Origin: a virus
Lineage: Duplodnaviria; Caudoviricetes
Virus record (IMG/VR): IMGVR_UViG_3300049432_000036
Location: 1-59,583 of that record
Direction: 5' to 3' (one strand)
Length of the DNA stretch: 59,583 nucleotides
Below, piece by piece: positions 38,449-48,325 of this stretch (its first letter is position 1; every line of letters begins with the position of its first letter). A program made the position numbers and the translations under genes. Under the pieces are notes generated by a model. The model was given only the letters and a program-made list of their open reading frames with translations. It made no database searches and was not told where the DNA came from.

Positions 38449-39126
38449 ATGACACAGAGCGGTCAGGAGGGTGGCTCGGCTGACAGCGCGCAGCAGGGCC
38501 AGCAGAACAACAGCACCGGCACTGACAGCGCGCAGGGCACGGGCAACGGTACGGGCGGTTCGTCGGCTGACAGTGCGCAGCAGAACGACAGCAGCTCCGC
38601 CGAGAAGGACAATGCCGTCAGTCGTGCAGAGTTCGAGCGGTTGAAGAACCAGCTCAGCGCGGCGGACCAGAAGCGATCGCAGGCTGAGGCTGAGCTGCAG
38701 GAGCTGAAGGACAAGGACCTGTCCGAGAAGGACAAGGCCGTCAAGGATCTCAAGGCCGTTACTGATGAGCGGGATTCCCTACTCAGCACGGTCAACGAGC
38801 TCCGGCTGGCCAACGCCTTCCTGAGCGCCAACAAGGTGACTTGGAACGACGGGGACGTTGCCCTTTCGATCGCCCAGGCCAAGGGGTATCTGGCCGACGC
38901 GGTGAACGACAAGGGTGAGGTCAACGCCAAGGAACTGGAGAAGGCGCTCGACAAACTCGCCGCCGACCACAAGTACCTGGTGAAGGTTACCGGGGACGAG
39001 GACGACGAGGAGGAGGAGACTCCTGCATCGGGTGCTCCGGCCAGTGGAGCCGGTCGCAAGAAGCAGGATGACCAGGTTCGTGCCGATCGGATCAAGTCGC
39101 AGCTGCCCGCCCTCGGACGACGGTAG
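38449..39126 (+). CDS. Capsid scaffolding protein
   Basis: Disordered N-terminus, coiled coil, KYLVK motif; two genes before major capsid. Confidence 0.8.
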   Translation: MTQSGQEGGSADSAQQGQQNNSTGTDSAQGTGNGTGGSSADSAQQNDSSSAEKDNAVSRAEFERLKNQLSAADQKRSQAEAELQELKDKDLSEKDKAVKDLKAVTDERDSLLSTVNELRLANAFLSANKVTWNDGDVALSIAQAKGYLADAVNDKGEVNAKELEKALDKLAADHKYLVKVTGDEDDEEEETPASGAPASGAGRKKQDDQVRADRIKSQLPALGRR

Positions 39127-39158
39127 CCCGAAACCCCACTATCCAAGGAGATTGCAAC

Positions 39159-39545
39159 ATGGCTCGGATCGACAAGACCGAACCTCATGTGGGGAGCTTT
39201 CGCGCTCCACTGGGGTTCCAGCCTGTCGCAGCCGACGTGGGCAAGATCTACGCCGTTGACATCAACGGTTCCGGCGCGGCTGTCAAGTCCGTGGACGGCA
39301 CCGACTGTCGTGGTGTGATCTGTCTCTCGTCGCTCATCCCGCAGGGCAAGCCCGTGGACGTCATGACGTCCGGCGAGATCGTGGACATCCTGGATGCTTC
39401 GTCCGGTGTCACCGGCTTCGCTGCGGGTGCCCTCGTCAAGGCCGGTGCTGCTGGTATCGTCAGCAACGCCGCTGCCGGCAAGGCCATCGGCTGGTTCGTC
39501 CAGCCGTGGCGTCTGATCGTCCGACTGCAGGCGGTGGCTGAGTAA
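39159..39545 (+). CDS. Head decoration/capsid cement protein
   Basis: Small beta-rich protein between scaffold and capsid. Confidence 0.65.
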   Translation: MARIDKTEPHVGSFRAPLGFQPVAADVGKIYAVDINGSGAAVKSVDGTDCRGVICLSSLIPQGKPVDVMTSGEIVDILDASSGVTGFAAGALVKAGAAGIVSNAAAGKAIGWFVQPWRLIVRLQAVAE

Positions 39546-40693
39546 TGGCTAGAGGATTCCACGCCGCAGGCGACATCCTGGTCACCCAGACGCAGGACGG
39601 CACCAACCTCAACCAGCTCTGGGACGACTACCAGGCCGCGCTGGCCATGTGGAACGCGCAGCGGGACACGCTCGTGTCGTTCCTCACCTACCGGACCACC
39701 GACCTCACCGAGCAGATGTACGACTCGGGCGAGATCGGCGACTTCGAGCCCGCCACCGAGTACGGCGTGCCGGTCGGCATCCGGCCGGGCGTCAAGCCGA
39801 TGACCATCGGTTACGACTTCGGCTGGTACGACCTCGCCGGGCGGTTCACCTGGAAGTTCCTGGCGAAGGCCACGAGCACTCAGGTGAACGCGTTCACCAA
39901 CATGGCGCTCGAAGCCGACAACCGGCTGATGTTCACCGAGGTCATGCGGACCCTGTTCCGCAGCGACCGCCGGACGGCGGAGGAAGGCCACCTGGTGTAC
40001 CCGTTCTACGCGGGCCAGGTCGGCGACAAGCCGCCGAACAACGGCACCACGGTGTTCGCGGATTCCCACAACCACTACGTCACGACCGGGGCAGCGACCT
40101 TCCCGGCCGCCGGAGCGGGTACCGCGATCGCCACCGCCGACATCACCGACCTCCAGGCCCTCGTGGACCTGGTCGGGGAGCACGGCTACAACGTGCAGAA
40201 CGGCTATCGCGTTGTCCTGATGGTCAACAAGGCCCAGGGCGACGTGATCCGCACGATCCGCAGCCAGGTCAACGGCGGGCCGGTCGGCTCCCTGTACGAC
40301 TTCGTTCCGGCTACGGGCACCAGCCCGTTCCTGCTGCCGACGAACATGCAGGTCGTCTCCGGTCAGCAGCCGCCCAACCAGCTCAACGGCCTTTCGGTCA
40401 TCGGCTCGTGGGGCGATGTCCTGATCATCCAGGACACCTACATCCCGGCCGGGTACATGGTCTGCTTCGCCACGGGTGGCGCGGAGACCCTGAACAACCC
40501 GATCGGTATCCGTGAGGACCAGATCGCTGGCCTGCGTGGGCTCAAGCTGGTCAAGGGCCGTGAGCCTGACTACCCGCTGATCGAGTCGTACTACACGCGC
40601 GGCTTCGGCACCGGTGTCCGCAAGCGTGGCGCGGGTGCGATCATGCAGGTGACCGCTTCGCCGACCTACACGGCTCCGGCCGTCTACGCGTAA
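39545..40693 (+). CDS. Major capsid protein
   Basis: 382 aa, strong codon bias, synteny; C-terminal YYTRGFGTGVRKRGAG. Confidence 0.88.
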   Translation: MARGFHAAGDILVTQTQDGTNLNQLWDDYQAALAMWNAQRDTLVSFLTYRTTDLTEQMYDSGEIGDFEPATEYGVPVGIRPGVKPMTIGYDFGWYDLAGRFTWKFLAKATSTQVNAFTNMALEADNRLMFTEVMRTLFRSDRRTAEEGHLVYPFYAGQVGDKPPNNGTTVFADSHNHYVTTGAATFPAAGAGTAIATADITDLQALVDLVGEHGYNVQNGYRVVLMVNKAQGDVIRTIRSQVNGGPVGSLYDFVPATGTSPFLLPTNMQVVSGQQPPNQLNGLSVIGSWGDVLIIQDTYIPAGYMVCFATGGAETLNNPIGIREDQIAGLRGLKLVKGREPDYPLIESYYTRGFGTGVRKRGAGAIMQVTASPTYTAPAVYA

Positions 40694-40706
40694 GGGAGGT
40701 TGCATC

Positions 40707-41054
40707 ATGCGTGAGATGGACATGAACAACCTCACTGACGAGGACAAGGCGTGGCTGCGGTCCTGGAACCGGGAGATTCCCGGCGAGGACGGCGCGGGCG
40801 TGCAGCAGGTCTTGGTTCCGGGTAACCCGCCCGGTGGCGAGACCAACCCGGCTGCAAACGCCGCCATGTTCGAGCCGGGAGCCGGTCCGGACCCGTTCGA
40901 CGGCCAGGAGCCGCCGGACGACTACAACGACTGGACTGGTGACCAGCTCTCTTGGGAGCTGGGGAACCGTGGCCTGCCGAAGTCCGGCAAGAAGGCCGAT
41001 CTGGTCGCACGTCTGATCGAGGACGACGAGAACGGTGACGAGCCCAACGGGTAA
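40707..41054 (+). CDS. SAP/HeH-domain head accessory protein
   Basis: YNDWTGDQLSWELGNRGLPKSGKKADLVARL matches SAP motif. Confidence 0.75.
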   Translation: MREMDMNNLTDEDKAWLRSWNREIPGEDGAGVQQVLVPGNPPGGETNPAANAAMFEPGAGPDPFDGQEPPDDYNDWTGDQLSWELGNRGLPKSGKKADLVARLIEDDENGDEPNG

Positions 41055-41076
41055 CCGTTGCACCTCGTCATGAGGA

Positions 41077-41126
41077 CGATTGCCCGGGTCACTTCCGCTC
41101 CGCTAGTGGCCCGGGCAGTCGCCTTG
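41077..41126 (+). terminator. Terminator after capsid genes
   Basis: CGATTGCCCGGGTCACT/AGTGGCCCGGGCAGTCG then CCTTG. Confidence 0.7.
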
Positions 41127-41237
41127 TACGGCACTGGCGAGGAGTGGCCCAGGGGCCATGAAGGGACGCGGAGACAACTCCGAGTCCAGCCCTAGTCTTC
41201 AAGTCGCCGTAGTGGCCACGAGAGCCATGGAGGGAAG

Positions 41238-41561
41238 ATGGCCGAGTACACCCCCGAAGAGCGGATGCAACTGCGTCGCATGATCGGCGATGCGACTGAG
41301 CCGTATACGTTCTCTGATGAAGAGATTGACGAGTTCCTCACGGCTACGGACGGCGATCTGCGCGCCGCAGCCGCCACCTACTGGTACGGCCGGTCGACTG
41401 AGTTCAGCCAGATGGTTGACATCACCGAAGCCGGGTCCAGCCGGAAGAACTCCGACCTGTTCAAGAACGCGCTTGCACTCGCCAAGCAGTTCGATGACGC
41501 CGACGACCTACCCACCGAGGTGGTCACGCCCTCGACCACGCGCCGGATCGTGAGGCGGTAG
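41238..41561 (+). CDS. Head-to-tail adaptor
   Basis: LRRMIGD..YTFSDEEIDEFL gp6-like pattern; synteny. Confidence 0.75.
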   Translation: MAEYTPEERMQLRRMIGDATEPYTFSDEEIDEFLTATDGDLRAAAATYWYGRSTEFSQMVDITEAGSSRKNSDLFKNALALAKQFDDADDLPTEVVTPSTTRRIVRR

Positions 41562-41563
41562 CT

Positions 41564-41926
41564 ATGGTGCTGTCTGAGAATGAGGTGATGCGGAAGCAGA
41601 CCGCCGAATTCATCGCTGTGTATCCGCTGGTGATTATCCTGGTGCGCCCCGGCGCTGAGGACGACGGCGCAGGCGGGACGCGGCCAGACCCCGAAGCCCT
41701 GGAACCGCAGATCTTCCGGCAGATCACTCAGCCGACCTCGCCGCAGGTCTTCACCCGCACGATCGATGGCGAGGAAGTCAAGCCCGATTTCGTGTTGTTA
41801 GGTGAGTGGAACGTCGATGTTCAGATCGGCGACTACTACTTCAAAGACGGCGCCAAGCACGAAGTGGCGTACGTCAAGGAAGACCGCCGGTACGAGACCT
41901 GGGCGGAGGTGGTGTACCGTGGCTAA
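41564..41926 (+). CDS. Head-to-tail stopper
   Basis: Synteny; DVQIGD motif. Confidence 0.65.
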   Translation: MVLSENEVMRKQTAEFIAVYPLVIILVRPGAEDDGAGGTRPDPEALEPQIFRQITQPTSPQVFTRTIDGEEVKPDFVLLGEWNVDVQIGDYYFKDGAKHEVAYVKEDRRYETWAEVVYRG

Positions 41927-42284
41927 GGATGGGATCGAGTGGAAGGGTGACCTATCCGGGAATCTTCAGACGCTCGGTGCTCGTACGAAGAACCGGATGG
42001 TTGCGACGGCCCACTACGTCGCCCCGCAGATCCAGAGCGATATGCGATCCAACGCGCCGTGGCAAGACCAGACGAGTAACGCACGCAACGGTCTCTTTGC
42101 CAAGGTGGTCGTGGCGACCAACGCCGTGTCGATCGTGTTGTATCACTCGGTGCCGTACGGGATCTGGCTGGAGCTGCGGTGGTCGGGCAAGTACGCGATC
42201 ATCACACCCTCGCTTGCAAAATGGGGTCCGAAGTACTTCGAGCTTCTGGCCAAGGCCGTGTTTGATCAGAAGGGACGGCCATGA
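41919..42284 (+). CDS. HK97 gp10-like neck protein
   Basis: APWQDQTSNARNGL, VPYGIWLE. Confidence 0.7.
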   Translation: MAKDGIEWKGDLSGNLQTLGARTKNRMVATAHYVAPQIQSDMRSNAPWQDQTSNARNGLFAKVVVATNAVSIVLYHSVPYGIWLELRWSGKYAIITPSLAKWGPKYFELLAKAVFDQKGRP

Positions 42285-42691
42285 GTATCCGCAAGCGTCT
42301 TTACCAGGCTGTTGTCACGGTGACCGGATACCCCGGCTCCCGGGTCTTGTCGTCCGGCGCTGGTGGGCAGGCCGCTCCCGGCAAGTCCCCAGTGCGGCCC
42401 TTCATCATGATCCGGTTCCAGCCGGACGGCCCGGGTCTCCTGCCCCGGCTCCCCGTGTCGCAGCTGCGGTGGAACGCGTGGGTTCACGATGAGCCGGGGA
42501 CCATGGAGAGAATCGACGCGGCTGTGGCAGCGTTGAAGGAAGGCATCCCCGGCGAGCTTGTCGGAGCTGGAGAAGGAGTCAGGGTCATCGAGACTGTCTG
42601 GGAAGGCACGTTTGCAGATGGCTATGACGACCACTACGGCACGAACGTGACATACGTGGACTTCCTCACCACCTACAAGTCCATTCCGTAG
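42281..42691 (+). CDS. Tail terminator
   Basis: Synteny; RPFIMI..WVHD pattern. Confidence 0.65.
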   Translation: MSIRKRLYQAVVTVTGYPGSRVLSSGAGGQAAPGKSPVRPFIMIRFQPDGPGLLPRLPVSQLRWNAWVHDEPGTMERIDAAVAALKEGIPGELVGAGEGVRVIETVWEGTFADGYDDHYGTNVTYVDFLTTYKSIP

Positions 42692-42720
42692 GATTACGCG
42701 CAAAGGAAGGAGCACTACAA

Positions 42721-43179
42721 ATGGCAAAAGTCAAGGTGCGGTACAAGGGCGCGAGTGACGTTCGCATCCTCCCGGCCGACCAGCTCAAGGAGCGCGGCGT
42801 CAAGGGCGTCACCGAGGACCTGGTCTTCTCGCCGGGGAACCTGTGGGCACAGGAGGTGGAGATGTCCGACGAACTGGAGGCCATCCTCCGTGCCGATGGC
42901 GCCTTCGTGATCCAGCCCGTCGCCGACGACGGCGGCACCACGGTCACCGATTCGGCTGACCCGCTGGAAACCTCAGTTGACGCGGTCGATGACACCGGCA
43001 ACAAGGTTGTCATGGACGAGACCGGCCAGACGGAGGAGAACAAGCACCCGCTGGAAGCCGAAGCCGAAGCGGTCGGTGAGGCTGAGAAGATGGAGGACGA
43101 GAAGGCACCTCTCTCATCCGAGACCGGTTCGACCGCCGGGCCCGACACCAACGTCGCGACCGGCAGCCGGAAGAGGTAA
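42721..43179 (+). CDS. Hypothetical virion-associated protein
   Basis: Strong RBS; acidic tail; in tail module. Confidence 0.7.
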   Translation: MAKVKVRYKGASDVRILPADQLKERGVKGVTEDLVFSPGNLWAQEVEMSDELEAILRADGAFVIQPVADDGGTTVTDSADPLETSVDAVDDTGNKVVMDETGQTEENKHPLEAEAEAVGEAEKMEDEKAPLSSETGSTAGPDTNVATGSRKR

Positions 43180-43182
43180 GCC

Positions 43183-43386
43183 ATGGAATTGCGCTGCGGA
43201 AGCAAGATGCACGGAAGGCTCATAGAAGGTGGGCTTTTCGAGGTGTCTTGTGGCAGCGCATTCTGCGGTAAGAAACCCGGCGTGGTAGTACTCCACCGAT
43301 TCAATGTCCAGACTGGTGAGCTGGTGGAAACCCTGAAGTACAAGGACACGCCGACCGTCAGCAAGAGAAACAGGAGGGTGGCCTAA
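43183..43386 (+). CDS. Small Zn-ribbon protein (Mu Com-like pattern)
   Basis: MELRCGSKMHG...VSCGSAFC. Confidence 0.6.
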   Translation: MELRCGSKMHGRLIEGGLFEVSCGSAFCGKKPGVVVLHRFNVQTGELVETLKYKDTPTVSKRNRRVA

Positions 43387-43940
43387 TGGCCGAAGAAGCA
43401 CTGCCGTATGGTCTGCGCGAGGTCGGATTGACCCCGTACACGACCCCCGCAGCGACCACACTCGGAGCGCCGGTGAAGTACCCCGTGGCGCGCACCCTCA
43501 GCTTCGAGGAGGCTGAGGACTTCGAGGAGCTTCGTGGCGACGACAAGGTCGTTGCCATCCGGGGCAAGGGTGCGTCGGTGAACTGGGAGATGGAGAACGG
43601 TGGCATTTCCCTGCCGGTGTACAAGAACATGGCCGGTGGAACGCTCATCACCACTGGTGTCACTCCGAGTACTGTCAGCACCTACAAGAAGAAGGTGACC
43701 GACGTTCGCCCGTACTGGAAGGGCGAAGGCCGGAGCATCAACGATGACGGCGGAGACTTCCACGGCATCCTGTACAAGGCGCGCGCTTCCGACTCGCTCT
43801 CCGGCGAGATGGCCGACGGCGCGTTCTGGCTCACTTCGGCCAGCGGGTCTGCGCTCCCGGCAACGCTCACTGGCGAGGTCGACACCTTGTACGACTTCAT
43901 CCTCAACGAGACCGCGACCCCCATCGACTTCACTCCGTAG
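43386..43940 (+). CDS. Major tail protein
   Basis: 184 aa; LPYGLR, ELRGDD; precedes chaperone and tape measure. Confidence 0.8.
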   Translation: MAEEALPYGLREVGLTPYTTPAATTLGAPVKYPVARTLSFEEAEDFEELRGDDKVVAIRGKGASVNWEMENGGISLPVYKNMAGGTLITTGVTPSTVSTYKKKVTDVRPYWKGEGRSINDDGGDFHGILYKARASDSLSGEMADGAFWLTSASGSALPATLTGEVDTLYDFILNETATPIDFTP

Positions 43941-43973
43941 TCGATTCACCCATCGGAGCCCCAGGAGGCCAGC

Positions 43974-44573
43974 ATGGTTACCTCTGCAAAGAACTGGAAG
44001 AACAAGCAAGTTGTCGGCGACATCGAGCTCACGCTCCCGTCCGGCAACACCTGCCTCGTGCGGCGTCTCAAGCCCGAGGCATTTCTCAAGACTGGGTTGA
44101 TCCCGGATTCCCTGTCCGGTATGGTGAATACCGCCATCAAGAGCAAGAAGGGTCTCCCGCCGGACGCTCTGAAGCAGATCGTGGCCGACCCGAAGAAAAT
44201 CCGGCAGGCCATGCAGATGACGGACGAGGTCGCCTGCTACATGGTTCGCGAGCCGAAGCTGGTCATGCCGCCGAAGTGTAAGCACGAGATGGCGGGAAGC
44301 CGGGTCTGCGGCGAGTACTTCGACACCGACGACAAGCGCCACGAGGACGACCAGCACCCCGACTGGCACGCGTTCATCGAGGGCGACCGCGACGAAGACG
44401 TGTTGTACGCCGACCAGGTGTCCGAGGAGGACAAGCAGTTCATCTTCCAGTTCGGGACCGGAGGAACCGCTGATGTAGAGCGGTTTCGTAAAGAATTCGG
44501 CGGCCATGTGGCAGGTATTTCAAACGGCCAAAACGTACGGGGTAAGGGCAAGCGAACTACTGGCAATAAGTGA
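43974..44573 (+). CDS. Tail assembly chaperone (G)
   Basis: Between major tail and tape measure genes; LTLPSG motif. Confidence 0.78.
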   Translation: MVTSAKNWKNKQVVGDIELTLPSGNTCLVRRLKPEAFLKTGLIPDSLSGMVNTAIKSKKGLPPDALKQIVADPKKIRQAMQMTDEVACYMVREPKLVMPPKCKHEMAGSRVCGEYFDTDDKRHEDDQHPDWHAFIEGDRDEDVLYADQVSEEDKQFIFQFGTGGTADVERFRKEFGGHVAGISNGQNVRGKGKRTTGNK

Positions 44574-44799
44574 TCCTTGGACTGCGTTCTGCGTGGACAA
44601 CGCCGTGGCTCACTTCGGTTCGTCGCTGGAAGCGGAGCTGGACTCCGTAGAGGGCAAGACATCCGCAGAGGTCAACAAGAAAAGGGCGAGAATCATGGAG
44701 AAGTGGCTGGACATCCCGCGCCGCTTCAAGTCGCCCATGGCGAGCCGTATGAAGTCTGACGTAGTGCACGACATCACTGTCCAAGGAGGCATTGACTGA
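44484..44799 (+). CDS. Tail assembly chaperone frameshift extension (GT), +1 frame
   Basis: Overlapping +1-frame ORF opens after TAG 44476-78, next to TTT_CGT at 44484-89. Confidence 0.65.
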
Positions 44800-47432
44800 T
44801 GTCCTATAACCTGGGTACGGCCGAAGGCGTCATTACCACTTCCTACAACGGGAAGGGAGTGTCTGAGGCCAACAAGGATGTTGACAAGCTCACCAAGGGT
44901 CACAAGGACGCTGCGGAGGCAGTCAACAAGGTAGGCCGTGCTTCAGGTATCGCTGGTGTCGCAGTCGCTGCGGGCATCGGTGTAGCAGTCAACGCTGCTG
45001 CGAACTTCGAGCAGCGCATGTCGGCTGTAAAGGCCGTGTCCGGCGCGAGCGCAGCCGAGATGGATCAGCTGAGCAAGAAGGCTCTTCAGCTCGGCAAGGA
45101 CACTTCCTTCAGTGCGACCGACGCGGCATCAGCGATCGAGGAATTGGTTAAGGCTGGTGTATCCGTACCCGATGTGATGAACGGTGCTGCTGACGCCACC
45201 GTCGCGCTTGCCGCAGCTGGTGAGGTCTCCCTCCCCGAAGCAGCTGCGATCGCATCGAACGCGATGAACCAGTTCCAGCTCTCGGCACAGGACATGCCGA
45301 AGGTCGCCGACCTCATCGCTGGTGCCGCTAACGCTTCTGCTATTGACGTTAAGGAGTTCGGCTACTCCCTGTCGCAGGCCGGAGCCGTTGCCAACCTCGT
45401 GGGCGCGAGCTTCGATGACACCGCGACGGCGATTGCCCTTATGGGCAACGCGGGCATCAAGGGTTCGGATGCCGGTACGTCGCTGAAGACGATGCTGTCC
45501 AATCTTCAGCCCCAGACCAAGAAGCAGACCTCCCTTATGGAGAAGCTGGGAATTGTCACGAAGGAGCAGGGCAACCGCTTCTTCGACGCCCAGGGCAACC
45601 TCAAGTCGTTCGCCGAGATCGCCGAAATCCTCCAGACTTCCTTGAAGGGCGCAACAAAGGCCCAGCAGCAGCAGGCGCTAGAGACCATCTTCGGTTCGGA
45701 TGCGATCCGTGCTGCGGCGATCTTCACCCAGGCCGGAGCCAAGGGCTTCGACAAGATGTCCGCCTCCATGAACAAGGTGAAGGCCGCCGACGTAGCGAAG
45801 ACCCGGCTGGACAACTTCAAGGGCTCCCTGGAGCAGATGAAGGGGTCGCTGGAGACGACCGGTATCGTCATCGGCCAGCTGTTTCTGCCCTATCTGCGAT
45901 CGCTCGTGGATGGGATCGCCAAGGTAGTCAATGCATTTCTGAGTCTTTCGCCCGGAGTCCAAAAGGGCATCGTCATCTTCGTCGCCATCGTCGGCGCGAT
46001 CCTGCTGTTCGTCGCAGCTACGGTGAAGATCGTTAGAGCCGTGCAAACAGTCATCGAAGTCGCGAAGGTTCTTCGTCTAGTGATGGCCTCCACTTGGGTC
46101 GCGACTTTGGGGCCAATAGCCCTTGTTATTGCTGCCATCGCGCTACTGGTACTAGGCATTAGGTATGCGTGGAAGCATTCGGAGACCTTCCGCACTGTCG
46201 TGCTCGCAGTATGGGGCGCGATCAAGACGGCGGTATCTGCCACTCTTGCCTGGTTTACTGGGACTTTGTGGCCCGGCATCCAGGCTGTCTGGAACGGGAT
46301 TGTGTCCGGCCTTCAGGCGGTCGGTAACTTCTTCGTGACAATCTGGAACGCGATCAAGACCGGAGTGTCAGCCGCGATCGGATTCGTGTCGAGCGTCATC
46401 ACGACCGGGATGAACGTCATCAACGCGATCATCAGCGCCGTACTCGGTGTGGTGATGGGAGTCTGGAACGCGTTCTGGGGAGTGTTCGGCGGCGTGATCA
46501 AGGCCGCCTGGAACCTCATTGTACAGGTGGTGAAACTGGGCATCGCGATGGTTCAGTTCACGATCGCCTCGGTGTTGAAGGTAATCGAGATCGTGGTGAG
46601 GACAGTTTGGGGAGCGATCTCGAAGTTCCTCACTACGATCTGGAACGCGATCAAGAGCGTGGCGTCGGCGGTCTGGAACGCGATCAAGGCTTACTTCGTT
46701 GGTGTATTCAACACCATCAAGAGCATCACCCTGACCGTGTGGAACGCTGTCAGGAATGCGGTCATCGCTGCGATCAACGCCGTCAAGGGTCCGGTCATGG
46801 CGGCGGTCAACGCCGTGAAGTCGGCGGTCTCGACGGCTTGGAACGCTGTGAAGTCCGTCAGCGTCTCGATCTGGAACGGCTTGGTAAGTGTGGTGTCCGG
46901 GCCGATCAACCGAGTCCTGTCGGTTGTCAGTAGCGTTGTGGGGAAGATCCGGGGTGTGTTCGCCGGAGCCGGTAAGTGGTTGTACAACGCCGGACGAGAC
47001 ATCATCCAGGGACTCCTCAACGGTATCGAATCCCTCATCAATGCGGTCACCGGCAAGCTCAAGTGGCTGACGGATCACATCCCGAAGGTCAAGGGTCCGG
47101 AGGCCAAGGACAAGCGCCTCTTGCGCCCGTCCGGCCGATGGATCATGGAGGGCTTCGTGGACGAGTTGGACAAGGGCGTCAACAACGCTCTTGCCTTGCT
47201 GTCGAACGCGACAGGGATGCTTCCCGACACGATTACTGCGCGATCGGTGACGGACGTGATGCCCGCGACCGGCCTAGCCCGCGCCGCAGCTGTCGTGTCG
47301 ACCGGCGGGCTCGCGACCCCGGCCGGACGAGTTACCAACCTCAACCTTGAGGTATACAACCCGGTCGGCGTGCCTACGTCCGAGGAACTCAGCACGCAGG
47401 CCACCCGCATGGCGACGTTGGGAGTTCTGTAA
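44799..47432 (+). CDS. Tape measure protein
   Basis: 877 aa Ala/Gly-rich; TP901-like core; WNAIK/WNAVK repeats. Confidence 0.95.
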   Translation: MSYNLGTAEGVITTSYNGKGVSEANKDVDKLTKGHKDAAEAVNKVGRASGIAGVAVAAGIGVAVNAAANFEQRMSAVKAVSGASAAEMDQLSKKALQLGKDTSFSATDAASAIEELVKAGVSVPDVMNGAADATVALAAAGEVSLPEAAAIASNAMNQFQLSAQDMPKVADLIAGAANASAIDVKEFGYSLSQAGAVANLVGASFDDTATAIALMGNAGIKGSDAGTSLKTMLSNLQPQTKKQTSLMEKLGIVTKEQGNRFFDAQGNLKSFAEIAEILQTSLKGATKAQQQQALETIFGSDAIRAAAIFTQAGAKGFDKMSASMNKVKAADVAKTRLDNFKGSLEQMKGSLETTGIVIGQLFLPYLRSLVDGIAKVVNAFLSLSPGVQKGIVIFVAIVGAILLFVAATVKIVRAVQTVIEVAKVLRLVMASTWVATLGPIALVIAAIALLVLGIRYAWKHSETFRTVVLAVWGAIKTAVSATLAWFTGTLWPGIQAVWNGIVSGLQAVGNFFVTIWNAIKTGVSAAIGFVSSVITTGMNVINAIISAVLGVVMGVWNAFWGVFGGVIKAAWNLIVQVVKLGIAMVQFTIASVLKVIEIVVRTVWGAISKFLTTIWNAIKSVASAVWNAIKAYFVGVFNTIKSITLTVWNAVRNAVIAAINAVKGPVMAAVNAVKSAVSTAWNAVKSVSVSIWNGLVSVVSGPINRVLSVVSSVVGKIRGVFAGAGKWLYNAGRDIIQGLLNGIESLINAVTGKLKWLTDHIPKVKGPEAKDKRLLRPSGRWIMEGFVDELDKGVNNALALLSNATGMLPDTITARSVTDVMPATGLARAAAVVSTGGLATPAGRVTNLNLEVYNPVGVPTSEELSTQATRMATLGVL

Positions 47433-48316
47433 TGGTGAACACGAGTCGTTGGCCGGTGACCGTCGATGGCACACGGCTCGATACGCTGGCCTACAACATC
47501 CGCACTCGGCAAGGCCGCGACCTCGAAGCGCCGCTGTCCGGCGAGGACATCGACACGGGCATGCGAGACGGCAACATCTGGGTCCCGCACAAGCGTCGTG
47601 GTCCAGGCCGACTGGTGTTGGATATGTGGGCGAACGGGACCGATATTGATGGTGTGATCCCGGTCGACGGCGACGACTACTACAAGTACATCAAGAACTT
47701 GGATCTCCTCAAGAGGATGTTTGGAGTAACGCACCGTCTCCTTGACGTCCGGCTACAGATGGACGCTGCGGGAACGGATATCCGCCAGGCGCTCTCGTAC
47801 AAGTCGGCGCTTGTCACGCCCGAGATGAAGTCCGGCTATCCGTACACCGCCGACCTCACCATCGAGCTCACGATCCCTGGTGCCTTCCTCCAATCGGTAG
47901 CCGATGCCAACTACACGTCCGGTATCGGGCTCACCGCCGGAGACAAGTCTCTCACGGCGGCGTTCGGCGCAGCTACCGCGCCGATGCGCGATCTGTGGGT
48001 AATCGTTGACGGGCCAGGGACGAACGTCCGGCTGACCGACCGGAATGCCCACTACATCCAGTACAACGGCATCATCGCCAACCTTGGCCGGTGGATCGTG
48101 AATACCACCGAGCAGACCTCGAAGATTGGTGTTGAGGCTGATGTGTTCACGATGAACGGGACCGATGTGTATGCACAGACGGAGTATGCAGGAGGCCACT
48201 CCCCCAATATGTTCGGCATCACGGCCGATCCACTAGGGCCGCAAGTCACCGTCAGTGGAACGGGCTTCGGCGCGAACAGTCGTCTCCGTATCCGTGGCAA
48301 GATCAAGTTCCTGTAA
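47432..48316 (+). CDS. Distal tail protein/minor tail protein
   Basis: Immediately after tape measure gene. Confidence 0.75.
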   Translation: MVNTSRWPVTVDGTRLDTLAYNIRTRQGRDLEAPLSGEDIDTGMRDGNIWVPHKRRGPGRLVLDMWANGTDIDGVIPVDGDDYYKYIKNLDLLKRMFGVTHRLLDVRLQMDAAGTDIRQALSYKSALVTPEMKSGYPYTADLTIELTIPGAFLQSVADANYTSGIGLTAGDKSLTAAFGAATAPMRDLWVIVDGPGTNVRLTDRNAHYIQYNGIIANLGRWIVNTTEQTSKIGVEADVFTMNGTDVYAQTEYAGGHSPNMFGITADPLGPQVTVSGTGFGANSRLRIRGKIKFL

Positions 48317-48325
48317 GGAGGCGAC

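Noticed and set aside
46200-46900. TGGAACGC repeats in the tape measure gene
   Set aside because: Ordinary protein-level WNA(I/V)K periodicity of tape measure proteins
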